Source: Chiloscyllium plagiosum
Taxonomy: Eukaryota
DNA length: 64,000 nucleotides
Direction: 5' to 3'
NCBI RefSeq assembly: GCF_004010195.1
Contig: NC_057729.1
Location: 45,982,241-46,046,240 of the forward strand
How positions within the stretch are numbered: the first letter of the stretch is position 1; the number at the start of each line of letters is the position of its first letter. Shown in pieces: positions 37,348-50,191 of this stretch. Made by a program: the position numbers and the translations under genes. The notes beneath the pieces were generated by a model that saw only the letters and a list, made by a program, of their open reading frames with translations, was not told where the DNA came from and did no database searches.

Positions 37348-37550
37348 TGTGTGTGTGTGTGAGTGTGTGTGTGTGAGGGNNNNNNNNNNNNNNNNNNNNN
37401 NNNNNNNNNNNNNNNNNNNNNNNNNNNNNNNNNNNNTGGGTATGAGTGTGGGGTGTTTATGTGTGTGTTTCTGAGAGAGAGCATGTGTGTGAGAGAGAAT
37501 GTGTAAGTATGTAAAGGTGTGTGTGTGTGTATGTGAGAGTGTATAGTGTA
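37348..37550. repeat. Imperfect (GT)n/(GA)n microsatellite containing an N gap at 37380-37436
   Basis: Directly visible dinucleotide runs inside the PLE 3'UTR. Confidence 0.95.
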
Positions 37551-37556
37551 GTGGGG

Positions 37557-37935
37557 TCACCTGTAGTGTGACATGAACCCAAGGTCCCAGTTGAGGCCAT
37601 CCTCATAGGTATCAAACTTGGCTGTCAGCCTCTGCTTGGCTAGTCTTCGTTGTTGCGTATCCCGAAGTTTACCTTGGACGATTGTCACCTGAAGATCCGA
37701 GGCTGAATGTCCTTGACCACGACGTGTTCCCCCGCTGGAAGAGAACATACCTGTCTGACAATTGTTGTGTGGTGTCCATCCATCCGTTGTCGTAGAGTCT
37801 GCTTGGTCTCTCCAATGTGTCAAGCCTCAGGGTATCTTGTCTGCAGCATATGAGATAGACAATGTTGGCCAAGTCACATGAGTACTGCCATGTACATGGT
37901 GGGTGGTGTCCCCACATGTATCCATGTCGATCCTC
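37557..37935 (-). pseudogene. Frameshifted GIY-YIG endonuclease domain of a Penelope-like element
   Basis: 'YSCDLANIVYLICCRQ' and, in another frame, 'GHSASDLQVTIVQG...RRLAKQRLTAKFDTYEDGLN' (VY...C, H, GLN motifs of PLE endonucleases). Confidence 0.85.
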
Positions 37936-37945
37936 TGACATGTCT

Positions 37946-38302
37946 TAGAACATAGAACATAGAAAAATACAGCGCAGTACAGGCCCTTTGGCCTTTGATG
38001 CTGTGATCCAAGCCCACCTAACGTACACTAGCCGACTATCCTCCATATGCCTATCCAATGCCCGTTTAAATGCCCATAAAGAGGGAGAGTCCACCACTGC
38101 TACTGGCAGGGCATTCCATGAACTCACGACTCGCTGAGTAAAGAATCTACCCCTAACATCTGTCCTATACCTACCACCCCTTAATTTAAAGCTATGCCCC
38201 CTCGTAATAGCTGACTCCATACGTGGAAAAAGGTTCTCGACCAAAACTGCATACAATACTCCAGATGCGGCCGCACCAGAGTCTTATACAACTGCAACAT
38301 GA
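37946..38302 (-). mobile_element. Young CpG-retaining CR1 3' fragment with internal deletion, inserted in the PLE
   Basis: 'TRGHSFKLRGGRYRTDVRGRFFTQRVVSSWNALP' is joined directly to 'LYKTLVRPHLEYCMQFWS'; tail (AGAACAT)n. Confidence 0.9.
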
Positions 38303-41300
38303 GAGAATGCAGTGGTTGCCATGAGAGGGTTGTACCGTGTTGTGATCGATGTCCTGTAGGCTGGGCAGTCTGTGCGAACAATCATCTGTTTAAGGTTTGG
38401 CGAGAAATGGAGGTGTGGGGAAAGCCTTGGCAAGTTGCTCATCCTCATTGATAATGTGTTGCAGGCTGTGAAGAACATGGTGTAGTTTCTCATTGTGTAA
38501 TCATCTGCTTCAAGTCCAATGCTTCTGTAGTGAAATATGTTAATCACAATGAGCCACCATGAAGGCCCAAGTGTATTAGTGATAGCAACCATTGATCTTG
38601 GTGCTGTTGCCCATAATGTGAAGCTGCTGGCTTTAGATTGGCCAGTCACTCTCATCAACAGGCTATCTTTCAACTCCTGTCCCCGACCTTACATTCAAGG
38701 GCTTTACATGATATTTTACCCAAATTTTATAGTCAGTGGCAAATGGACCTTAAAGAAAGCTATGCATAAAGATCTAGTTATCTCTGCAGTGTGGATTTCA
38801 CCATTCCTAATATTAGTTTGAATCTGCTGCCAAGTCAAAGTGATTTCCAATAACAGTGATACCATCAAGTAGGACTGGCAGCCAAACACATTGAAGTATT
38901 CTCACAGATAGCAAGTTAGAAGTAGAATGCATTATTATGCTTTATTTTTGTTAACTTTTACAGCAAGTAATATAAATGATTGGAACACCTACATTAGAAA
39001 CTGAAGCATCATAAAGTTTTAAAAATGCACTGAAAGTTTGTATTTTTGTGATTGTACTTTGTAGTTCCAGAATGTCATTGTACAACTGTAAGATTTAAAT
39101 CTGTCAAGTTGGAGAGGTTAAAGTACAATAATTCTATTGTTAAAAATACAAGCTGCCACTCAATCAGGAAGGTGCAACTTTGCCAAGGATTCTCATAACA
39201 TTTCGAACAGCTTAAAAGGCCATATACTCCTCAGTTTACTGCCTTCTGCTTGATTGCAGAGGGGAGGGGCGTTCAATTGTGCACCCTCTGGAAAAGTCTA
39301 GAATCGTTAACAGCTTCTCGATTTCTTGGATTTGAGTATAATGTGCAGATTCCCAGCTAACGTTAGTTTCAGAGAACTCATGGTGACAAACTCTGTCAGT
39401 TTCAATGTGGCTATTACTGCAAAACTTGGCCACTGAGATAACTATTACAAGAAAGCACTTACTCTCATTTCATGCTTAGAAAATGTGGAATCACTCAGAA
39501 GAAAATATTCCAAACACTTAGGACTTTGGCATACATACAGCTGCAGAGTCATTTTCTAAAATTGACAGTTAAAAACAAAGCAAAAAAAACATATCAATAG
39601 TGAGGCACCTATAAATGTAATATTCATTACAGTTATATATCTCTATAAATGATTATAATTCCTCATAAATATTGACAGAGTCTTGCGCACTATAGAATGT
39701 TGGCGGGAGATAGAGTTTTCTCACCACAGTGACCAGAATGATTCCTCTGTCACACTGAGCACTCAAAGACATGATATGATATATTCTGCACACCTGTATT
39801 AACACATGGGATTGAAACACTTTAAAATTTAGGTAAACCATTAAAATAATGTGTCTGTTATTATGTCGAGATTGGCCTCATGCAACACATTGGCCTGTCA
39901 TGAGGTTTGTTTCAAGCTTCATAATGAAAGAAGTTTTCCTTAGGGTAGCTTTGGCTTCTGAGACTAATTAAACGGAAAAGAGCCCTGTCCGAACAATTGA
40001 GTAAACTGGATTGACGGATTCGCTTATTGTCGGGAAATATTGCCTGACAATGTAGAGGCTGTAAAGAAAAATTAATACTAATGTCTGAACACCATCTTAG
40101 GTATGGCATGCCACTAATACTTGTTCACTAATCTGAAAAGTCACCTTACTTATTGAAGATGTTTAAAGCTTGGATCAAGTCACTCAGGATGACACAAGCT
40201 TCAAGCCTTATCTTCAAATTAGCTAACAAAGAGCCATTTTAAAAAAAAAATCTAAATATAGTTGGAAAGAAATCATAAAATGACTTTAGAGAAATGTGGT
40301 GATACAGCGTTGGTGAGGATATCTAATTTAAAAATGAAAAATCCTGTTCGACCATTAGCTGACTGCCATAATTAATCCTGCCTGGTTTCGAAAGAAGTGG
40401 CCGTTTTTTCTTTGTGACCACTAGAGAGCACAATTCATCTAAATGACGATTAATTGGTTAGCAGCCGTTTCAGGGCCAGTGTTGATCTGCTCAATTTATA
40501 CTGAGTGCTTAACTCCATCCAGTCATGGCCCTAATTAAACTGCTGTAGATGATCTTAAGCCTATTTTAAAGTTTGATGAAGAATTGATCAGATGAACAAA
40601 CAGGAAATTTAACTCTGAGTCGAACAAATGCGGAATGAGGGACTGGGGAAATATATGAGACAGTGTTATGGACTTGTCTAAATTCAGGCAGCGCAGGGTG
40701 CACCTGAGAAAATAAATTGATTTATTTTCTAAATTGATGTTTATCTGCTGGAATTACATGGGCTGGCCGCAGTTTACAATATAGGTGGCATGTCTGGTGA
40801 TTAACCCTTATTTGGTCATTGTGAGGGGTGAACCCAATTCAATATGAAACAATCCCCATTCTTCTCCACCGATCTTAATTAGCAGCAACAGCTGCTGTGG
40901 GTTGGGAGAAAAAGATGAAGGGCAGCCACACGAATACTTTCCCAGTACATTGCTAACCACTCCATCTCACTTTCAATAGCATCATTTGTCTTGTAGCAAG
41001 GAATAAGCTGTGATTCATTAGAGATGTCAGTTACCACTTAATAACTCCTAGTCCCTTTTCAAACATTTACAGGCTGGGCTTCAGTGTTGATTTTCGAAGA
41101 GTCTCTTTGAATGGAGCTGACATAAATCACACGTGCCCTTAACTCACTCTAACTCATCTCAAAGTGTATTTGATATGGGTGACATGTTCTCTTGGTATGC
41201 TGGCACAGTTGCTAATTTCACCAGTGCTCATGGAAGTACGCCTAATGATTATACTAATTTTGTGTGGCTGTCAATTTTCTACGTACCCATTGCATCACAA

Positions 41301-41349
41301 TAAACCTCAGCACAATTGTTATAAACTGGTGCAAAGTAAATAAACAGAG

Positions 41350-41760
41350 TAAGGAGTAAGCAGTGGTGCTGAAGAAGACCCACTTGGTCCCTTAAACCGC
41401 CACCATTCAACAAAATCATGGTTGATCTTCAATCTTAGCTTTATCTCCTTGTACCGGCCCCACATCTCTCGATTGCTTTGTATCCAAATGTCTATCAATT
41501 TCTGATTTTAATATGTTGAGTGACTGAGAACCTTCAGAACTGTAGGGTAGAGAATGCCAAAAATTCATAACCCTTCGAGTGAAGAAATTTATCCACTTTG
41601 TGCCCCTTATTCTGATCCTCTTAGCCTCACATCCCAGATTTCCCAACCAGAGGAAATGTAATCTCAGAATTCACCTGATTGAGCAATTTAAGAATTTTAT
41701 TTGTTTTAAATCTCTAATCCTTCAGAGAGAATAAATCTGGATTATTTAATAGCTCTCCAT
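41350..41760 (-). mobile_element. Old CR1 3' fragment
   Basis: ORF 41416-41646 'NFFTRRVMNFWHSLP...LKSEIDRHL'. Confidence 0.75.
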
Positions 41761-42084
41761 AGCACAAATTGATATTATCAACTCAGGAAATAGATTGAAA
41801 TATGTCTACATTAAATACTAGGATACATCCACATATGTACTATAGATATATGGACTACTGTACCTTCTACATGAAATAAATATATAAAGTGTAGGATTGC
41901 AGATTTATTGTAAATATAAAGATAAATTGTGCAAGTACTTTAAATAACAGAATGTAATTCTATGCATGTACTATTTGTCCGAAGAATATTTTATCTATGT
42001 TACATGAACATAGGAAGCATGTTGTGCTAATGACATGAATACAAAGACAAGAACAAACATATTTATATTTAATGATAAGTAGTG

Positions 42085-42445
42085 TCTTTGGATGAGTAAT
42101 GCAGATTCACAGGCTATAATGTTCTGCGGACAGAAGTTTCAATCTGACAATGGCAAATGGTAAAATTGGCATTCAAATTTTTAACAATTTAAATTAAAAG
42201 ATAGCCTGTTGGTGACTATCCAACCATTGTTGATAATCGTAAAAACCCATCTAGTTCATCACGCCCTTTAGGGGAGAAAATTTACAGTCCTTGCTTATCT
42301 GACTAACATGTGACTCCAGTCCACAGCAATGCATTTGGATCTTAACCACCCACAGAAGCGGCCACGCATTGCTGCTAGGTTCCAAATTAGAGATGTTCAA
42401 TAAGTATTTGACAGCCCAGTGGTGCTCCTGCTGCATGAATGAAAG
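42085..42445 (+). mobile_element. tRNA-derived SINE (family of 17236-17580), degenerate
   Basis: 'aaaacccatctagttcatcacgccctttaggggag...tgtgactccagtccacagcaatg'. Confidence 0.7.
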
Positions 42446-42448
42446 AAA

Positions 42449-42625
42449 AAAGTCAGAAGTCACACGACACCAGGTTTTAGTCCAATAGGTTTATGTGAAA
42501 TCATATGTTGAAGGGGCTGCGCTCCAAAAGCCTGTGATTTCAAGTAAACCTATTGGACTATAACCTGGTGTAATGTGACGTCTGACTTTGTCCACCCCAG
42601 TCCAACACCAGCACCTCCACATCAT
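42449..42625. mobile_element. Palindromic PLE-terminus mini-element, family D variant
   Basis: Arms 'aaagtcagaagtcacacgacaccagg' and 'cctggtgtaatgtgacgtctgacttt'; degenerate core TGTTGA-A-GGGGC-TGC-GCTCC-AAAAGC; CATGAATGA at 42434 and 42623. Confidence 0.82.
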
Positions 42626-42721
42626 GAATGAGAAAGCACAAGTGAAGATGCAGATGGAGCAGTGCTATGCAAGTATTTAAAAAATAATACTTTTATCTTC
42701 AAGTAGTCATTTTTTTCCCCC

Positions 42722-43400
42722 TTTATTTGTTTATGGGATGAGGGCACCTTTGGCCACGCCAGCATTAATTGCCCCAACCCTAATTGCCCAGAGGTCAGTT
42801 GTGAGTCAAGCACATTGCTGTGGGTCTGGAGTAATATGTTTAGATTAGATTCTCTACAGTATGGAAACAGGCCGTTCAGCCCAACAAGTCCACATCGACC
42901 CTTCGAAGAGTAACCTACCCAGCCCCATTCCCCTATCCTATATTTACCCCTGACTAATGCCCCAACGCTATGGGCAATTTAGCATGGCCAATTCACTTGA
43001 CCCACACACCTTTGGATTGTGGGAGGAAACCAGAGCACCTGGAGGAAACCCATGCAGATACAGGGAGAATGTGCAAACCCCACACAGACAGTCGCCCGAG
43101 GTAGGAATCAAACCAAGTCCCTGGCACTGTGAGGCAGCAGTACTAATGACTGAGCCACCATGCCACCCTACTTTTTATGTAAGTCAGACCAGGTAAGGAT
43201 GGCAATTTCCTTCCCAAAAAGAGGTTAGTGAACCAAATGTGTTTTTCCAACAATTAACAATGAATTCATGGTCATCATTAGATTCTTAATTCCCCCTTTT
43301 CTTCATTGAATTTAAATTCTACCAACTGGCGTGGGAGAAGTTGAACCCAAGTTCCCAGATTATTACCTGGGTCTCTAGATTTACAGTCCAGTGATAATAC
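42722..43400 (-). mobile_element. tRNA-derived SINE (family of 17236-17580) split by HE1
   Basis: Host reads 'gggtctggagtaatatgt' before the insert and resumes 'atgtaagtcagaccaggtaaggatggc' after it. Confidence 0.82.
42841..43167 (-). mobile_element. Full-length HE1-type V-SINE
   Basis: A/B boxes, V-domain and TAGAT-repeat tail. Confidence 0.92.
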
Positions 43401-43699
43401 CACTAGGCCATCGCTTCCCCTAAGTGTGTTACAAATAAAGAGGTAAAATGCTTGCATTCATAGCTATCTATATGTTGCTAAGGGTTGTTTTGCCTAGTGC
43501 ACAGTTATTTCTTATGTGATGATTCTTTGCTGAATAATATACTGTGCAATTTGTTCTCTTTATAGGTACAAGAAGTGCACCCTTTGACTAACCTTGAGTA
43601 TTATTGTGGGAAATCCATTGATATGCTAAACATTCAGAGAATATAATACTCCATATTTTATTATGTTGTTTACAGTCATAGGAAATTCAAAGCAAGGAG

Positions 43700-44190
43700 C
43701 CACAAATACTTTAGACACTAATAAATCCAGAAAAGAATTAAGGGGAAACTTCCTTACCCACAAGTAGCAAGAATGTGAAACTTGCTATTGCATGAACTAA
43801 CTGAGGCAAATAGCATAGATATTTTCAAAGAATACAATCGGTTCTGATATAATGCGTTAGTTCCTTTCTTCTGCGTTCTCGCGCTATAAGCAAATCGCAA
43901 AATAACCATGCCATCTAATTGAATGGGGCCAGAATCATGTTATAGCCAATCCTGGTAAGGAAAGTTCCCATTCTACAAATAACGGTCTAAATTCTTCAAT
44001 CCGTTAAAGCCAATTGGTGTTGAAGAAACACGTTACAGCAGAACTGACTTTATCTGGATAAGTGCAAGAGGGAGAAAGGAGTAGAAAGATAGTTACATTG
44101 AGATGGATAAAGTAGAGTGGGACAAGGCTCATGCAGAGCATTAATAGCAGCTGAGACTAAATAGGTCAAATGATCTGTTTCTGTGCTGCA
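43700..44190 (+). mobile_element. Old CR1 3' fragment hosting a MITE
   Basis: 'ggaaacttccttacccacaagtagcaagaatgtgaaacttgc...gcatagatattttcaaag' resumes as 'ctggataagtgcaagagggag'. Confidence 0.6.
43835..44050. mobile_element. 216-bp Tc1/mariner-pogo (Tigger-like) MITE
   Basis: Imperfect ~23-bp TIRs CAATCGGTTCTGATATAATGCGT / ACACGTTACAGCAGAACTGACTT, flanked by TA at 43833-43834 and 44051-44052. Confidence 0.78.
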
Positions 44191-46753
44191 AAGTCAATGT
44201 AATCCACATTGCTCAATGTAGCATAACAAGATGACTGTTTTTAATTCGACTCATTCTATAACTGTTGGAATAATAAGGATTTTGTTATGTTGGAGTGCAA
44301 ACTGTGCTCTTTTAATCAAATGGGTATGGTTTAAACTCAACTTTAAACACAATGTTCTCTTAGGGAGATAATTAAAAATAGCATTTTAGTTGGATCTCTT
44401 TTAACCCCTTACCTCTTACTTTACTTAGTGTATATTTACCCAGGTCACCATACTTATAACATGAATTAACTGACATTAGATTTCCTGTGTCAGACTAAGT
44501 CAATATCTCAGTGATGAGTTCCAGTGCTCATGTACTGGAGAGTTCTGTCAGGCTGGAGTTCTCTATTGATAACACATGTTTCAATTGAAGCAGTTTTACA
44601 TTTTGAGCAGAGGTGGTTCACTGCAGACAATGATACTGGGATAGCTCAACTCCTTGGAAAAAGTGAAAACAAAGTTCAAATCAAAAGTCCAAATCAGGTA
44701 CACAGGCCACCTTCAGGAGATTGGAGACTGAATTACATTAATGTCTATTGGCTGTGACCTCTGACACTCGTGACCAATACAGCTTGTGGCTTTCATCTAT
44801 TTCTTAATCATGAGGGTTAAGGTTGTGCAATGAGAGTTTCGCTTTTGAGAATTATCCAGCTTTGACAGTTTCACAAACTGCGCACACTATTCATTTTTTT
44901 GGTAGCAGTTCTTACTGTTCAAAGATCTCTGAGCAATGATAGGTGATGTCAAACACACTATTTTCTTGTACAAGTACGTTTTTCAGCTCATACTTATATG
45001 TACAGTACTGTGACATTTTTTCTATCACCTATTATATTAACTGGTGACAGTGCACGTGTATTAAAATGTTTATGCAAATGCTTCCTCGCCTTTGCAATGC
45101 ATTTGTTGTTTTTGCTGGATTGGTTTTACTTCACAGTTTTCTTGAAGTTTGCCCTTTAAACTTACACGTGTATGCTGCTAGTTTCATTTTGAATGGAATC
45201 TTTATCTTGTCTTGGCATCAATGAGATTGAAAGTTAATAAATCACTACAAACAAATGAATGCTGTATCTGAGACAAAGAGACCTAACAACCTAACAAAAT
45301 TGTCAATATTCAGTTCTGTTTATCACACTTTGGTGCAAAAAAGGTTTTCCACAACGACCCCATTTAAGAGTCAACAGTAAAGCTAATTCTCAGTAACACA
45401 TCTGCCTGGAGCAAATTTTGATATCTTCTCATGCAAACTGTGTGATTTCTTTCCCTCAATTGTGCTCAATTGAAAAAAGTCAAGTTGCAGAAAAGATGGA
45501 TTGTCAGCAAAAGGGAAGATTTGCCACCTGTGTTTTATGAGGGCTGTTGTGGGTTCAGGCAGTGCATTGTTTTTACCTCAAGGATTCAGAATGACTATAG
45601 TGCCAATCTATCCATTCCCTTCATTTTCCTCACTCTCATTATAACCAAATGTGATCCGCTCCTTGTTGTTCCCGATGTAAACAAGGCTCTTGATCTTTTC
45701 GCCTTCCCCCTGCAGATAATTCATTAAGATGGCAGGTAGCTCGAATCCGTCTCCCTTCAGTCATCAATATTTCATAAACTACAGTGACAAATTTATTTTA
45801 ATGTGCTTCACAGCAGCTAGTGATTGATCAGAGGCTCAAAAATATGACACGTTTCAAAGCGGGATATTCATGGAGTGTTTTAGTGAATACATTAGTCAGT
45901 GGAATGGTGAGTGAATTTATCATAGTTATGGGTCTCAGATCCATCCATTTTGTTTAGCAAATGACAGCTGCTATCTGCATGACGGTATTGATTGAGCACA
46001 AGGGTTCATCTTCAAGCACATCTAGTTAGTGCAGTTTGGATGAAATTAATATAATATGGAAGATTGACGCCAGAACAATCAGAGCATGGCTGAATTATTG
46101 ATTAATAATGTCAGAAAAATATAACTTTGGACTATTAAAAGTACAAATTATATATCTCACATGATACCTCCTCAATTTTCCCTTTTTATTCATAAAATAT
46201 TGAGGCAAGTAAATGAAACCTGAAAGCTGCTTCTTCAATTTAATGTAAGAGTTGCCAATGTTTCTGCTGCTTCCATTTAACAAGGCAAAGGAACCCTTGC
46301 CATCCGCAATTTTGTATTAAACCGGCAAGTTGTATGAAGTAACAGACAGAAGAAATGGGCAGCACTCTGCGATGGAAATCCCATTTGTCTGAATTTTTAT
46401 GAGTGTGTATATTACTTAAATATAAAAAGCACATAAAAAGGAACAGGTAGAAAGCATAGATGTGCATCAATTTGAGAGCTTAAAGCTTGTCTACATTGAG
46501 GAAGAGGAAGAGTGGGGATAGACAAAGGATGTACATAGTTCTCCTGAAGATATCTTTATTTCCTCCCCAAGGCTGGCATACTGTGGATCCAAAATTACCT
46601 GGAGTCACATGCCATCTTACTTCCTCAAAATCTCCCAAACCAGAGAAATTAGCAGGATTCATAAATAGACTGAACTAAATTTCAACACAGATTCATTTTA
46701 CCACATAAGGCAGTTTGTTTTGCAGATAGACAGCTAAAATAAGAGACAGAGCT

Positions 46754-46841
46754 AAAAAATACACAACACCAGGTTATAGTCCAACAGGTTTAATTGGAAG
46801 CACACTAGCTTTCGGAGCGCCGCTTTTTCATCAGGTGGTTG
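46754..46841 (-). mobile_element. PLE terminus, family D, hammerhead with damaged stem II
   Basis: Minus strand CAC-CTGATGA-AAAAGC-GGC-GCTCC-GAAA-GC-TA|GTG; AAAATAAGAGAC at 46736-46747 and 46857-46868. Confidence 0.85.
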
Positions 46842-47159
46842 GGCATTTCCGAATCAAAAATAAGAGACGGTTGTGAACCAGAGTAAGAGATTAGTGATAC
46901 ATGTTTAAGATTAACCTAAACTCTTCCACAGTAGCCTTTAACTCAGGCTGCCTTCAAAAGAATGACTCCCCAATCATCAATATTCAAATGGTACATTATC
47001 TAAAATATATATCTGCAAATACTCTACAACATGCCAAAACTTATATCCATAACTCTGACGTCAGCAAATGCAAAGGGCAGAATGTGATGAAAATGTAAAT
47101 CTGACTTGGTCAATGTTCGTCCTTCAATCAAAATCACTAAACCGTGTTATTTGTCCTTT

Positions 47160-48218
47160 TGGATGAAAATGGGTGGGTTAGTAAGTTTGCAGATGACACA
47201 AAGATCGGTGGAATTGTGGAGGGTGTAGGAGGTTGTCAAAAGATATAGCTGGATATAGATCAGTTGCAAATATGGGTGGAGAAATGGCAGATGGAGTTTA
47301 ATCCGGCCAAGTATGAGGTGCTGCACTTTGGGAGACCAAATGCTAAGGAAAAGTATTCGGTTAAGGGCAGGTTTTTGAACAACACTGAGCTACAAAGGAA
47401 TCTTGGAGTTTAAGTCCATAGCTCCCTGAAAGTGGCCACACAAGTAGTTAAGGTGGTAAAGAAGGTGGCTGGCATGTTTGCCTTTATTGGCTGGGACATT
47501 GAGTCTGATTATCATGTTGCAGCATTATAAGGTTTTGGTTAGGCCGCAATTTCATTCAATTTTGGTTGCCACATTACAGGAAGGATTAGAGGCTTTGAAG
47601 AGGGTGCAGAAGAGTTTTACCAAGATGCTGCCTGAATTAGAGGTTATGAGCCATAAGGAGAGGCTAGAAAAACTAGGATTGTTTTCTCTGGAGTGGCGGA
47701 GACGCAGGAGAGACCTGATACAAATCTATAAAATTATGAGATGCATTGGTAGGATTGACAATCAGAATCTTTTTCCCGGAGTGGAAATGTCTAATACAAG
47801 GGGGCATGCATTTAAGGTGAGAGGGGGGAAGTTCAAAGGAAAGGAAGAGTGTAGAGGGACATGGGTCAAATACTGGCAAATAAGACTGGATTAATTTAGG
47901 GTATCTGGTCGCCAAGGAGGAGTTGGACTGAAGGCTCTGTTTCCATGCCGGACATTTGTAGGATTCTATGAGATGAGAGGGGCAAGTTTTTTTTACACAG
48001 AGGGTTGTAGGAGCCTGGAATGTGTTGCCAGGGGTGGAGGTGGAAGCAGATATGACAGGGGCGTTTAAGAGGCTTTTAGATAAGCACATGTATATGCAAG
48101 GAATGGTTAGATATAAACTAAGGGCAAACAGAAGGGATTAATTTAATTCAGTGTCATGTTCAGGACAACATCGTGGGCTGAAGGGGCTGTTCCTGTGCCA
48201 TTCTGTTCTATGTTCTCT
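47160..48218 (+). mobile_element. CR1 LINE 3' kilobase with a nested ~130-bp HER1-like tail (47841-47970)
   Basis: 'agtaagtttgcagatgacacaaag' (SKFADDTK) and ORF 47478-47894; host resumes at 47971. Confidence 0.9.
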
Positions 48219-48279
48219 ATTCTTTGTTAATAGATTACTGTTTGTGGTAACTTGTGGTGCTGTGAAATGGCATGGATAT

Positions 48280-49185
48280 CAGTGCTGGGGCCTCAGGCTA
48301 GTTACAATCTATATCAACGACCTGGATAAAGGGACTGAATGTATGGTCGTAGCTAAATTTGCTGATGACACTGAGATAGGTAGGAAAGTAAGTTGTCAAG
48401 AGGAGATAGAGAGTCTGCAAAGGAGAAGAGATAGGGTGAGTGGACAAACATTTAGCAGATAGATTATAAAATGGGAAGTGTGAACTTGACCACATTGGTC
48501 TGAAGAATAGAAAAGCAGTGACAAGAGATTGCAGAACTCAGAGGTACAGAATAACCTGAATATCCTGATACATTTAACAAAGGGTTAAATGGAATATTGG
48601 CCTTTATTGCAAGAGGAATTGAATATGAGAGTGCAGAAATTTTATTGCAGCTGTAGAGGGCCTTGGTGAGACCGTACAAAGTGCAATTTTGGACAAGGAT
48701 ATGAAAAAAGATACTGTTGCATTAGAAACGATTCAGAACGGAATCACTCGATTCGTTCCTGGGATGAAGATGTTATTGTATGAAGAAAGAATGAATACGT
48801 TGGCCTTCAGAAGATCTAATTCAGATGTATAAGATCCTGAGGGGATTTGACAGGGTGAATTTTGAGACGTTATCTCTGGTTGGAGGTAAGATTAAATTAG
48901 ATGACACAGATTAAAAATAAGAGATCTTGTTTTTAAGGTGGAGATGTGGAGAACGTTTTTTCTTGCACATGGTTGTTAATCTGTGGAATTCTCTTCTGCA
49001 AAAAAAAACAGCAGAGGTTGCATCATGGAATTTATACAAGCTGTAGGCAAGAGACTATGGGGTTCTTAGAAGCAGACCGGAAGTTGGAGTTGAGAACACA
49101 AATAGATTACTGTATATTTATTGGATGGAAGAGTAGGGGTAGAACAGGTGAATAGCCAATCCTGGTCCTAAGTCTTACATTCCTA
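48280..49185 (+). mobile_element. Old CR1 LINE fragment
   Basis: 'IYINDLDKGTECMVVAKFADDTEIG'. Confidence 0.85.
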
Positions 49186-50191
49186 TGTTACTGGAAACTG
49201 GTTTCTGCATTTCCTAAAGGCATAGTGGTGAGTCTAAGGTGGTTCATCTCAGAATGGAACAGGTTATGCAATACAGTCAAGAAATTCAAGAAGCTAAACA
49301 GCTCATGCAGATTTATCATGTCAAATGTGAAATGATTATGGATTGGAGATAGCTTGCAACATGGTCACATTGATTCTCTAAATTACTGTTCCTTTTCACT
49401 TTTTCTCAAAACATTCTGCAATAACTGGGAATCAGGAGCAGTGAATGAACCCAGCATTTTTATCCCTTTCTCTCATGATTGTGAGAGTTGTTAGAGTTAA
49501 CTTTCTTGCAGCTTCCACCTACAGTTTCAAGGAATAATATATCTGTCCATCATGTTTTGTGCTTGCAATTTGTATTAATAAAGCCAGGACTGCATCAAGG
49601 CTATCATTCAACATTCAAATCATCAACATTTAATGTATTTTGTCCCCTTATCTACAAGAAGAAAAGGCTTGGGTTTGACACATCCCTTCAGGGGCCATTT
49701 TCTGTTGACAGTTTAAAATAAATCCTTTGTTTTTTTTCGACTGATTTTCTTGCACCTTCATAAGAAGACATTTTTTTAATAAATGGCTTCACTATTTTTA
49801 ATGACATTTACATATTAAAAACAACTCCACAATGTGTAATTTTCTCCATTGTCTTGTGATTACTGCCAGGGTCTTGTCGGTAATCATCACAGAAACCATT
49901 TGTTACCTGGTGATTATTTATCTGACAGTGTTAAAAAGGTGAAAGAGAATTCTGTAAAACCTGGTCAGTGATCAAAAGCAGCACATATCTGGATCGTATA
50001 AGTGTAGAGAATAATGAATCATAATGCAGCCAACCTCTGTCAGACTGATGATTTACGCTTTTTCTCAACTATAATAACAAAACATGGGCTTATAGGGTGA
50101 CTTTACAGAGCAAAATGTCTCAGCGCACTTTGTAGGAACATAAATACCCAAAGACACAGAACATTGGTATTTGTGTCAAAACATTTGTTTA

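Larger units (their letters stand above)
36740..38491 (-). mobile_element. Decayed Penelope-like element 3' portion (linker, GIY-YIG, CA-rich UTR, hammerhead terminus)
   Basis: Linker 'PNLKQMIVR', GIY-YIG remnants and a family D terminus; interrupted at 37181 and 37946. Confidence 0.88.
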
